Shown one piece after another: positions 1-8,375 of a stretch of 64,000 bases of DNA; the first letter of the stretch is position 1, and the number at the start of each line of letters is the position of its first letter. The translations under genes and the position numbers were made by a program. The notes beneath the pieces are model-generated. The model was not told the DNA's origin. It searched no databases and was given only the letters and a program-made list of their open reading frames with translations. Source of the stretch: Oscillospiraceae bacterium (GTDB lineage: Bacteria; Bacillota; Clostridia; Oscillospirales; Acutalibacteraceae); assembly GCA_022487055.1 (NCBI GenBank), contig JAKVJJ010000006.1, forward strand, positions 3,688 to 67,687, written 5' to 3'.

Positions 1-2
1 TG

Positions 3-67
3 TCATAAACATTATGCGAAGTTCAAGATAGGGAATAAGCTCTATAGTATTTCGCTTATGCGAAGTT
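3..67. repeat. Two direct copies of TTATGCGAAGTT (12-23, 56-67); dif/XerC-arm-like
   Basis: Exact 12-bp repeat 44 bp apart; reverse complement ACTTCGCATAA resembles XerC arms of dif/pdif sites. Confidence 0.6.
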
Positions 68-96
68 GAATAGTATAATGTTGATAACATACTTGA

Positions 97-2169
97 TTAC
101 CAATAATTTACCAAATCTAAAATGCCTTCGCTAATTAACTCCTTAATTTTTCTTCTGTTTTTCTGGGCAATTGGGCCTGTGTATTTGTGTGTTATTTTTA
201 CAACTGCATGGGATAGATGCGAAGACAAGCGAAAATCATGGATGTCCATGCACATTTTGTGGAATTTAGGAATATGGTTTATAAATCCACAACTTCCCTT
301 AATTCCTCCGATGTTTCCCAAAGTGTATCCGCCAAGTTCCGAATGATCTTTTACAACTATACTACAAAGCCTATCATCAATTGTGTCCCATAAGTTCACA
401 AATGCAGTTAAGTCAGTTTTCCAGTATCCAACTTCAGTAAAAAATTCTTTTTCCAATTGATTATGCTCATTACTTAAATATTTTTTCCATTGGAAATTGA
501 AAGGCCTCTCTGTGATTTCATGTATATATCGATTAATTTGACTTGTTGAATAGCGGCTACGTTGGATTATTCCTGCCCGTTTCAATGTATTCTGAGCTAA
601 TGGTGACCAAAGATGTATTGCAGGCAAGGAGCCTTTATAAGTACTAGTCAAGATGCAACTTGATGCAGTCAGCCCAAGATCACAATTTTTTTCACATACG
701 TATTTTCCCATCAAGTCACTCTGCACATCAAAACGTATATCTTGCTTAGAAAGCTGAAATAAAAGTTTGGATTTAATCCACCAATCATTCTCTTTAATAA
801 TCCCTTCTGCCTTTTTTAAAGAGATATTTCCGTATGCAAGCATAAAAAAAATTAACTGTGATTTGAAGCGGCTATCTACAATAAAGTGGCTTTTTTTGTC
901 CTCTTCCAGTAAAGTTTTTGCAAGTTCCAAAAATCGTATAATATCATGATCTGTCATATTTTCAACGATAGATTCCATGAGAATTCCAGAGGAAAATTGC
1001 TGCGTTTTATCACGACAGCAAGAGTAGATATAATCGCTTATAGTAGGTGGAATTTTCCGAGGATAACGGATGACATAATATGCAAATGAATGTATGGTAT
1101 TTGGAAAACGAGAAACCATCGCTATTGCTTGTTGGTTTGCCTTTGCACATGGCTGAATTTTATGAAAATAGCGCTTAATAGTAGTCAAATCTGCTGGATT
1201 TTGCTTTAACAAATGTCGTATTTGGTCTATTGCAATAGACGATTTTTTATCATCATCAAATTCATTATCAAAAAGTGGTTTGCTTATCCTTTTAATTTCT
1301 TCATTGATATCTAGAATTTTATGAGCTGAAGTTTTTGACGCCTGAGGTAAAAGCCCCAGTTCCTTACTCTTTCTGTCAAGTAGGAAAAGGATCCAGCGTG
1401 TAGTTCCCTCATTTTCAGAGAGAATTTTAATATCATCGACATATCGAAAGTACTTGAAACTGTATTCCTTTTTTATTTTTTCTATATAATCATCAAATTC
1501 AGATAAAACAATTTCTGCAATAATTCCAGAGGCTAAAGGCCCTTGGGGTATTCCAACAGCCAATTCCGGGCCGTCTGATGATTCAATTACATTTAAAAAG
1601 TTGATAAATTCATTTGCGCAATCTTCACTAAAATGATATTTCCCATGAAGTAAAGAGCTTAATAAAACATGATTTATGCTATCGTAGCAAGCTGTCAAAT
1701 CAAATGAAGCAATATAGCTATTTCCTGCTTTATAAGACTTTATAATCGCCTTTGTATACAATCTATAAGATTTTTGCCATTCCTGATAAAAGAATATGTC
1801 CTTACTATTTGTGTACAGATTACCAAAGACACTTTTCCCATATCGATGTTGACACTTAGAATTTGATACCAAAGATTCAGCAATTATATTAGCATAGGCT
1901 TGGTATACAATTTGATCTTCAATTGAAAGCAGTGTGTACATGCGGTTAAGGCCATTTGCTTTAGGCATAAATGTTCTTATTGAACTTCCTGGCACATATC
2001 CCGCCTTTAATTTGCACCGAATAATTTTTATGTTTTCAGACAAAGAAAATGCGTATGCGGTGTATATATCCCGAAAAAAATTCTTATATGTACTTTCAGG
2101 ATTTGTGATTAAGCGATGATACGCGAGCTCCAAATTGGACTGCTTATAAACATTCGATAATAAAAACAT
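97..2169 (-). CDS. Reverse transcriptase, UG/Abi-type (AbiA-like architecture) with helical C-terminal region and HEPN-like motif
   Basis: RT motifs FDLTACYDSINH, GIPQGPLASG and YFRYVDD; ~370-aa extension ending in RLSSHLSH (RX6H); GGAG RBS; no retron VTG motif or intron maturase domain seen. Confidence 0.85.
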   Translation of the reverse strand: MFLLSNVYKQSNLELAYHRLITNPESTYKNFFRDIYTAYAFSLSENIKIIRCKLKAGYVPGSSIRTFMPKANGLNRMYTLLSIEDQIVYQAYANIIAESLVSNSKCQHRYGKSVFGNLYTNSKDIFFYQEWQKSYRLYTKAIIKSYKAGNSYIASFDLTACYDSINHVLLSSLLHGKYHFSEDCANEFINFLNVIESSDGPELAVGIPQGPLASGIIAEIVLSEFDDYIEKIKKEYSFKYFRYVDDIKILSENEGTTRWILFLLDRKSKELGLLPQASKTSAHKILDINEEIKRISKPLFDNEFDDDKKSSIAIDQIRHLLKQNPADLTTIKRYFHKIQPCAKANQQAIAMVSRFPNTIHSFAYYVIRYPRKIPPTISDYIYSCCRDKTQQFSSGILMESIVENMTDHDIIRFLELAKTLLEEDKKSHFIVDSRFKSQLIFFMLAYGNISLKKAEGIIKENDWWIKSKLLFQLSKQDIRFDVQSDLMGKYVCEKNCDLGLTASSCILTSTYKGSLPAIHLWSPLAQNTLKRAGIIQRSRYSTSQINRYIHEITERPFNFQWKKYLSNEHNQLEKEFFTEVGYWKTDLTAFVNLWDTIDDRLCSIVVKDHSELGGYTLGNIGGIKGSCGFINHIPKFHKMCMDIHDFRLSSHLSHAVVKITHKYTGPIAQKNRRKIKELISEGILDLVNYW

Positions 2170-2258
2170 AGTGTTTTCTCCAAATATAGAAAAATAAGCT
2201 TTTAGTTATTGCTATGATCACTGCCAAAATAACTTTCTATAATTACTTTTTTATTAAT

Positions 2259-3029
2259 CTACTGATATTTCTCAAGCACTGTTGTGAGTTTTTGTCTCAA
2301 CTCTACTGCATGAGCATATTCTATATATTCAATATTTCCAAGATCGCTTATCGTTGTTGTTGCTTTATTTTTTATAATTATAACAGGTTTTCCTATACCA
2401 TAAGCAAGCCCTAATTCCAACATTACATTTGGATTTAACCCTGAAATGTTGACAATGGCTAATTTGCTGGATTGTATTTCATTACATATTTTACACATAA
2501 TATCTTTATTGCTAATTTCATTATCTGCTTTAAACGGAGCCAACCAATTAGTTTCCAGTGCAGGTACTACCCCATATATATAACTATCTAAGTACGAATC
2601 ATCAAATGGCATAGCAATAAACACTTTTTTGTTATTTAAAGATGGATTAAGTGGACACTTATTTAGTCCAAGCTTAAAGCATCTTCTCATTTGGAAAGCA
2701 GGCACCGCAGCTGTTTGCACTTTCAATCTTTCGGCTTCGATGGTATCTTCCATATTTGATATTAGTTTTTCCATCATCTTTATAAAAGATTCAACTGATG
2801 AATTTTTTACTGTTTTATGCGTGGAAGATAAATCCCATTGATTGCAAGTCATAGTGCTTAAATTCAAATGTGCTATTTCATTGCTTCTCTCTATTAAGGC
2901 ATTATATTCTTTGAGCCATCCACTATAAACATTTGTATATATGTACTCATTGTTGTGGCTGCTAATTTCAACTTTGTCTTTTAAATTACCAATTTCAATA
3001 ATTAGACCATTAACTTTTTCAATATCCAA
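2259..3029 (-). CDS. Protein with C-terminal nucleoside 2-deoxyribosyltransferase/TIR-like domain
   Basis: KVFIAMPF ... NPNVMLELGLAYGIGKPVIII motifs; TTG start with GGAGG RBS. Confidence 0.8.
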   Translation of the reverse strand: MDIEKVNGLIIEIGNLKDKVEISSHNNEYIYTNVYSGWLKEYNALIERSNEIAHLNLSTMTCNQWDLSSTHKTVKNSSVESFIKMMEKLISNMEDTIEAERLKVQTAAVPAFQMRRCFKLGLNKCPLNPSLNNKKVFIAMPFDDSYLDSYIYGVVPALETNWLAPFKADNEISNKDIMCKICNEIQSSKLAIVNISGLNPNVMLELGLAYGIGKPVIIIKNKATTTISDLGNIEYIEYAHAVELRQKLTTVLEKYQ

Positions 3030-3099
3030 CTATCTGGCCTCCAAATGATCGTTTTTTAATCAATAACAATCTTATCTTTAGGAGTAACATTAGGCCTGA

Positions 3100-3175
3100 G
3101 TTACGCATTATTGCTATTAGTTTGATTTAACGTCCCAGAGCCCCCTAAGGCGTGTTCATAAACATAATGGGAAAG
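3100..3175. repeat. Imperfect inverted-repeat intergenic site related to sites at 3-23, 2205-2215 and 5003-5054
   Basis: TTATTGCTATTAG at 3108-3120 is identical to 5011-5023; 3156-3173 matches 3-20 at 16/18 positions. Confidence 0.55.
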
Positions 3176-3211
3176 ATTCCATGAATTGTGCTAATACCAT
3201 AAGAGCTAATG

Positions 3212-3943
3212 TTAGTATAGTCCGTCATATTTCAATTTGTGCTTTATCTGTTCCAGAAAAGGTTGCATACGGCGGTATGCAATCTTAGAAAGTTGCAAAT
3301 GATATTCAATTTCTTTTTTTAACTCTGCTTGCAAATGAATTGCATTACGTACTTCATAGATTCGGATCAGTTCCGAGCAAAAGGTAGGCATTTTATCTAT
3401 GACCTTTATATCTGGAAGAATATCCGCACTTTTTTCTTTTTGCTTAACAATTTCTGTTAAAAGCCCTATTTCAAATGCAGCCTTACATTTTTCATCAAAT
3501 CTGACTTTTTCAATCTCTCGTTTCTGGCTAGTCTGAAAGTATGGAATGATTGTCTTATGATTATGTACAAGTAAAGAACTTATGTCCGACAGTTGTTTCT
3601 TTGGTATGGAAAAGGGCTTATTAACTTTTTGAATCAATAATTTTTTAACAATAGAATTTTCTTTATAATATTCATCGAAAAGCACATAGTGCAAAATGGC
3701 TTCATAAATTGAAGCATACATTATTATTTGCATTCGAACTTCTGCAAGTAATAATTCATCGCTTACTGCTAGTCCTTCAAAAATCTTATATATGAATCGA
3801 GTATTTTTGAATTCGCAAATTAATCTTGCTTTAAGTTCGGGATTTTTCACAAAATCAAATGCGTCTGCATACCAGCTATCATTTGGCAAATCGCGGCTGC
3901 AATAAGTGATAATACTGTTTTGGATTTCTTCATTGAATGGCAT
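3212..3943 (-). CDS. Hypothetical protein, probable HEPN-like RNase
   Basis: ATG at 3943 with AAAGGAG RBS; helical sequence with YASIYEAIL and C-terminal RNAIH motif. Confidence 0.65.
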   Translation of the reverse strand: MPFNEEIQNSIITYCSRDLPNDSWYADAFDFVKNPELKARLICEFKNTRFIYKIFEGLAVSDELLLAEVRMQIIMYASIYEAILHYVLFDEYYKENSIVKKLLIQKVNKPFSIPKKQLSDISSLLVHNHKTIIPYFQTSQKREIEKVRFDEKCKAAFEIGLLTEIVKQKEKSADILPDIKVIDKMPTFCSELIRIYEVRNAIHLQAELKKEIEYHLQLSKIAYRRMQPFLEQIKHKLKYDGLY

Positions 3944-3956
3944 TGTAGTGACTCCT

Positions 3957-4862
3957 TTATTGCAAGTATTGGATTGCCAAAGCAATCAGCGACAAACAAC
4001 GATTAAAAAAGTAATCAAAATATTTAGTGTCTGTTATGTCAATTTTATCGGTTTCATGATGCCGTATTCTGAAGGTGTTACCAATGTCGGTCAAAGCTTT
4101 AAACTCTGCATTAAACAAATCAGTGAACTTTGTTGTCCCATGAGCCATATCGTTCACGATTTTTGCGGCAGAATGCTTTTTGTCAAGAGTAGTATAGTAT
4201 GTTTTCAGGCGTTCAAAAGCATCCCAAATCTTTTCAACGGCATCTCTCTGTGATTCAGAGTATGGCTGTTTATACAATATAACTGCTTCTGTGAGAAGTT
4301 CCCGTGTGCCTTTTTCTTTGACAGCAGAAATATTCTTTTCATTTTCTGACGTAAGGGAGCTATTCTCAACAATTCGTTCGACAATTCTTTCGCTTGTTAA
4401 AGTGTACAGTAATCCAGATTCTTTATATATTCCATTTATTTCATTTTGATATTTTGAAAATATTTCCCATGTATTCAAGCAGTCAATATTCCAGTAATTT
4501 TGATAGCGTGGATTATTCCATCCTTCGGAAATATCTTTTATATTTTGAGCTATGAACTCAATAAAATCCAATAATGCGTATTGATCATATTTATCACCAT
4601 CTTCTGGTACGCCAATTTTTCCGTTTTTGTCACGAAAAAGGGTAGGAATTTTGGAATTTATACGATTTTGGAATGCATGTTCATCAAAAGACAAATAGTC
4701 ACTTGCTGTAAAATCATCATGACATTTTAGAGGAAAAAGGTGTGTTAAATTCTTGTAGTATTTTTGACAGCAGTCAATGATCAATGCGTACATGGCTACA
4801 GTAATATCGTATGTGTTCTCAATCGGTGCTCTTAAACCATGCCGCTCTGTATAATAGCTCAT
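3957..4862 (-). CDS. AbiJ-like abortive infection protein (N-terminal domain plus HEPN)
   Basis: N-terminal YYTERHG; C-terminal EKIWDAFERLKT and IGNTFRIRHHE, typical of AbiJ HEPN. Confidence 0.75.
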   Translation of the reverse strand: MSYYTERHGLRAPIENTYDITVAMYALIIDCCQKYYKNLTHLFPLKCHDDFTASDYLSFDEHAFQNRINSKIPTLFRDKNGKIGVPEDGDKYDQYALLDFIEFIAQNIKDISEGWNNPRYQNYWNIDCLNTWEIFSKYQNEINGIYKESGLLYTLTSERIVERIVENSSLTSENEKNISAVKEKGTRELLTEAVILYKQPYSESQRDAVEKIWDAFERLKTYYTTLDKKHSAAKIVNDMAHGTTKFTDLFNAEFKALTDIGNTFRIRHHETDKIDITDTKYFDYFFNRCLSLIALAIQYLQ

Positions 4863-5002
4863 ATATTTCTCCTCGCATGTGCTTGTTTCTACAAACGATA
4901 ATATCTCACAAAATGCTCAGTTTTAATGCAAATTTATTAGATCTATTTGGCTTTCTAATAAATTCAGATGGCTGTTGGGAATGTTCAAATCTGCACTATC
5001 CA

Positions 5003-5054
5003 ACTTCGTGTTATTGCTATTAGCTGCAGTTGACTGTTCTGCCTAATGTGGAAT
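5003..5054. repeat. dif-like imperfect inverted site upstream of first island gene
   Basis: ACTTCGTGTTA-TTGCTA-TTAG ... TAATGTGGAAT. Confidence 0.5.
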
Positions 5055-5104
5055 TTCGATGGAACAGTTGAAGCTAATTACCACAATATTCGCCAATTAT
5101 TTAC

Positions 5105-5133
5105 AGTATACCACTGACAATTTAGGAATTCAA
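5105..5133 (-). promoter_or_regulatory. Sigma-A promoter directed into the defence gene array
   Basis: Minus strand TTGAAT-17 bp-TATACT with extended -10 TG. Confidence 0.65.
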
Positions 5134-5161
5134 CCTACTATAAGTTATAAGGATGAGAAAC

Positions 5162-5202
5162 CAAAACCGGCTTAGCTTCTCAAAAAAGTTAAGCCGGTTT
5201 TG
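5162..5202. terminator. Bidirectional terminator-like hairpin
   Basis: CAAAACCGGCTTAGCTT / AAGTTAAGCCGGTTTTG inverted repeat. Confidence 0.6.
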
Positions 5203-5264
5203 CTGCGTCTATAACGCTGAAAATTGAATTATATTGCGTAAAAATAAAATTAAGATGATTTTGA

Positions 5265-5360
5265 ATTAGTTCACCTGCCAAGACCATTATAGAAAAAGTT
5301 GAAAATCTAGCAGCATCTGAACGTGGAGAGAATGGATTCGGTTTAACAGGAACGAAGTGA
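5265..5360 (+). pseudogene. dut: dUTPase C-terminal fragment
   Basis: Frame reads ...IIEKVENLAASERGENGFGLTGTK*, matching dUTPase motif V; no start codon or N-terminal part. Confidence 0.7.
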
Positions 5361-5457
5361 AAGGCAATTTTTTAAAATCTGTGTTTTCAATATTGGTTTC
5401 ATTGCCTTAAAATTTGCGCCTTAACTCATAGTAAGGCAGTGGTCAATTCTTTGTAAA

Positions 5458-5479
5458 TGTAGTCAAACTGTAGTCAAAC
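5458..5479. repeat. Tandem 11-bp direct repeat TGTAGTCAAAC, putative integrase arm-type sites
   Basis: Exact tandem repeat ~65 bp from the tRNA-Arg 3' end. Confidence 0.65.
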
Positions 5480-5544
5480 CCGCGGAAACAAAAATAAACC
5501 GCACAGCCAAACCATCAAAAATGGCTTAACCGTGCGGCTTTGTT

Positions 5545-5621
5545 TGGTGCGCCTGGGAGGATTCGAACCTCTGGCCTTTGGAGTCGGAGTCCAACGCTCT
5601 ATCCAACTGAGCTACAAGCGC
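5545..5621 (-). tRNA. tRNA-Arg(CCG)
   Basis: Cloverleaf GCGCTTG...GGTTCGAATCC...CACCA; anticodon CCG. Confidence 0.97.
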
Positions 5622-5688
5622 ATATCACTTTTGACACTGTCGAAAACATGATATATTATAGCACGCTTTTTCCCATGTGGCAAGTTTT

Positions 5689-6105
5689 TTAAATCAAATC
5701 CACTGTTTCGCAGCCCAGTACCTCAGCAATTTTGCCAAGAATGGCACTTCCGGGTTCCACTTCGTGATTTTCAAATTGATAGATGTCATATTGCGTCAAT
5801 CCGACCGCATCCGCAAGCTGCTGGCGGGTCATGTCGGCAAGTGTGCGCATCTGCTCCATTTTCTTTTCCTGCTCCAGCAGAAAAGCCAGCTTCTTTTCCG
5901 TATCAATCAGCAGCGGAGCGCCGTTGTGCATTCCAAGTTCACACAGATGCTCACTGCGGTAAATCCCATCGGCTTTCCATTCATAGTTTTTGGGCAGCAC
6001 ATAATCGCGGCCGCCATCATCATCGCCGTTTGGTTCCGGCTGCAGGGAACAGACAGCCTCCTCACTGTCATCATGCTTATCATATATATAGATCATTGCT
6101 GTCAT
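5689..6105 (-). CDS. XRE-family HTH protein
   Basis: C-terminal MTRQQLADAVGLTQYDIYQFEN...PG. Confidence 0.8.
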   Translation of the reverse strand: MTAMIYIYDKHDDSEEAVCSLQPEPNGDDDGGRDYVLPKNYEWKADGIYRSEHLCELGMHNGAPLLIDTEKKLAFLLEQEKKMEQMRTLADMTRQQLADAVGLTQYDIYQFENHEVEPGSAILGKIAEVLGCETVDLI

Positions 6106-6309
6106 AAAAAGTCCCTCCTACACGGATTTGTATATTTTGCTGTGTTTCTTTATTTATTATATAAGAGAACAGCAAAAAAAGCAAAGGCTTTATAAAGCGG
6201 GAATTACTTGACAAGAGAAGATAAGGTGTGTACAATATATCTAATACTTTATAAAGCTGAAACTTTAAAGTAACAAATTTAGTCAACTGCGGAGCAGGAG
6301 GGATTTGAA

Positions 6310-7335
6310 ATGAGAAAACTGACGAGATTCACCGCGGCACTTCTTGCAGCAGTTCTTGCTGCAGGAATGGCTGGCTGTGGAACGGACAACACTTCATCTG
6401 CTTCTGGAAGTATGGCTTCCGGGGCATCAGCCAAAAAATATACCATTGGTGTGGCACAGTATATGACGCACCCCGCCATGGATGCTTCCCTGAAGGGATT
6501 TAAAGAAGGAATGGCTGCCGCCGGATATAAGGAAGGCGACAACGTCACTTATAATGTGCAAAACGCACAGGGTGACCAGTCCAACTGTGTGACGGTGGCA
6601 AACACAATGGCAAGCAAAAAGCCAGACCTTATTCTTGCCATTGCAACACCAATCGCGCAGGCTGTGGCGAAGATTGTAACGGATACTCCGGTCGTTATTA
6701 CTGCTGTTACAGACCCGGCCGATGCAAAACTGGTGGACAGCAATGAGAAGCCGGGCGGCAATATTACCGGCACCAGTGACAAAACACCGGTGGAGGAACA
6801 AGTCAAGCTGATTAAGCAAACCGTGCCGGGCATCCAGACAGTCGGTATTATGTACTGCTCCAACGAGGCAAATTCCAAGCTGCAGGCAGACTGGGCAAAA
6901 GCCGCCTGTGATTCCAATGGTCTGAAGCATCAGGAATTCACGGTTTCCGCTGCCAATGAAGTGCAGCAGGTTGCACAATCTATGGTGGGAAAAGTGCAGG
7001 CAGCTTACATCCCGACGGACAATATGCTTGCAACCAGCATGAAGGTTGTTACCGGCACAACCACTCCCGCAAAGCTGCCGGTCTTTACCGGTGAAAGCGG
7101 CATGGTGCAGAACGGCGGTTTGCTGACCGTCGGCATCAATTATGAGGAACTGGGCAAGCAGACCGGCGCAATGGCGGCGAAAATCCTGAAAGGGGAAGCA
7201 AAGCCCGCAGATATGCCGATTGAGTATCAAAAACAATATGATGTATCCTACAACAGCGCAGCCGCAAAAGAGATGGGCCTCACGCTGCCGAAAAGTGTGA
7301 CGAAAAACGGCAAGGATGTCAGCAGCGGTTCTTAA
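6310..7335 (+). CDS. ABC transporter substrate-binding lipoprotein (Trp/Tyr-type)
   Basis: Lipobox MAGC; HPAMD, NAQGD and TGTSD motifs. Confidence 0.92.
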   Translation: MRKLTRFTAALLAAVLAAGMAGCGTDNTSSASGSMASGASAKKYTIGVAQYMTHPAMDASLKGFKEGMAAAGYKEGDNVTYNVQNAQGDQSNCVTVANTMASKKPDLILAIATPIAQAVAKIVTDTPVVITAVTDPADAKLVDSNEKPGGNITGTSDKTPVEEQVKLIKQTVPGIQTVGIMYCSNEANSKLQADWAKAACDSNGLKHQEFTVSAANEVQQVAQSMVGKVQAAYIPTDNMLATSMKVVTGTTTPAKLPVFTGESGMVQNGGLLTVGINYEELGKQTGAMAAKILKGEAKPADMPIEYQKQYDVSYNSAAAKEMGLTLPKSVTKNGKDVSSGS

Positions 7336-7421
7336 AAAAATTTCTGTCAAGGTCGCCCTGTGGTCATACGCTGCAGGGTGATTTTTTGTAGGATAGCAAA
7401 CATACAGACTGGGAGGACGAC

Positions 7422-8369
7422 ATGGACATTCTGAATTTTCTGGATGCTATGCACGGTGCAGTGGCACAGGGCATCATCTGGAGCATTATGACGCTCGGCG
7501 TGTACATTACTTTTCGTGTTCTTGATTTTCCGGATTTGACCGTCGACGGCAGTTTTGCCACCGGCGCAGCAGTTTCTGCCATGCTGGTGGGCAACCATGG
7601 CATGAACCCGTTTTTGGCTTTGGCGGCTGCACTTTTGGCAGGCATGGTGTGCGGCTTTGTCACCGGTTTTCTCACGGCAAAAATGAAGATACCGGGAATT
7701 CTCGCCGGCATCCTGACAATGACGGCGCTGTATTCCATCAACATTCGCATTATGGGGATGCAGGCAATGATACCGCTGAATGGCGCAAATACCGTGGATA
7801 TTGTCATTCGGCATGCCATTCATGGTATTTCGCCTAAAAACAGCCAGATTCTGCTGGGTGTCATCGTTGCGGCCATCATTATTGCTTTTCTGTATTGGTT
7901 TTTCGGCACAGAATTGGGTTGCTCCATCCGTGCGACAGGCAGTAATCCTTATATGGTGCGTTCCTTGGGTGTCAATACAGATACGACTACAATTATTGCA
8001 CTGGTGCTGAGCAATGGTTTGGTAGCGCTCTCCGGCGGTATTTTTGCGCAGGTGCAGGGTTCCGCAACTGTGGACATCGGCATCGGCACCATCGTCATTG
8101 GGCTTGCTTCCGTAATTATCGGCGAAGTGGTACTCGGCAAGCATACCGGTTTTCTGCCGCGGCTGATTTGTATGGTCATCGGCTCCATTATTTACCGTGC
8201 GATTATTTCCCTCGTACTATTCCTTGGCTTGCCGTCGACGGATATGAAGTTGCTTACAGCCATCATCATTGCGATTGCGCTGTTTTTCCCAACGCTGAAA
8301 AAGGGTATTCAGCAGCGCAGAGGCTATCACCAGGCAGTCAATACAGCCGAAACGAACGGAAAGGAGTGA
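7422..8369 (+). CDS. ABC transporter permease
   Basis: DFPDLTVDGSF motif; multiple TM segments. Confidence 0.92.
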   Translation: MDILNFLDAMHGAVAQGIIWSIMTLGVYITFRVLDFPDLTVDGSFATGAAVSAMLVGNHGMNPFLALAAALLAGMVCGFVTGFLTAKMKIPGILAGILTMTALYSINIRIMGMQAMIPLNGANTVDIVIRHAIHGISPKNSQILLGVIVAAIIIAFLYWFFGTELGCSIRATGSNPYMVRSLGVNTDTTTIIALVLSNGLVALSGGIFAQVQGSATVDIGIGTIVIGLASVIIGEVVLGKHTGFLPRLICMVIGSIIYRAIISLVLFLGLPSTDMKLLTAIIIAIALFFPTLKKGIQQRRGYHQAVNTAETNGKE

Positions 8370-8375
8370 GCGCAG

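Larger units (their letters stand above)
1..5540. mobile_element. AT-rich genomic (defence) island at tRNA-Arg 3' end; continues beyond window start
   Basis: Sharp GC drop, defence-type genes, arm-like repeats and adjacent tRNA; no integrase inside the window. Confidence 0.7.

Noticed and set aside
1-96. CRISPR array
   Set aside because: Only two 12-bp copies, too short, and no cas genes in the window; sequence left of the window is unseen
97-2169. Group II intron or DGR reverse transcriptase
   Set aside because: No maturase/endonuclease domain or intron RNA space; no TR/VR repeat pair or avd gene seen
97-3029. Retron (RT + NDT effector, Ec86-like)
   Set aside because: The RT is 690 aa with no NAxxH or VTG signature visible, and no clear a1/a2-bounded msr-msd lies next to it
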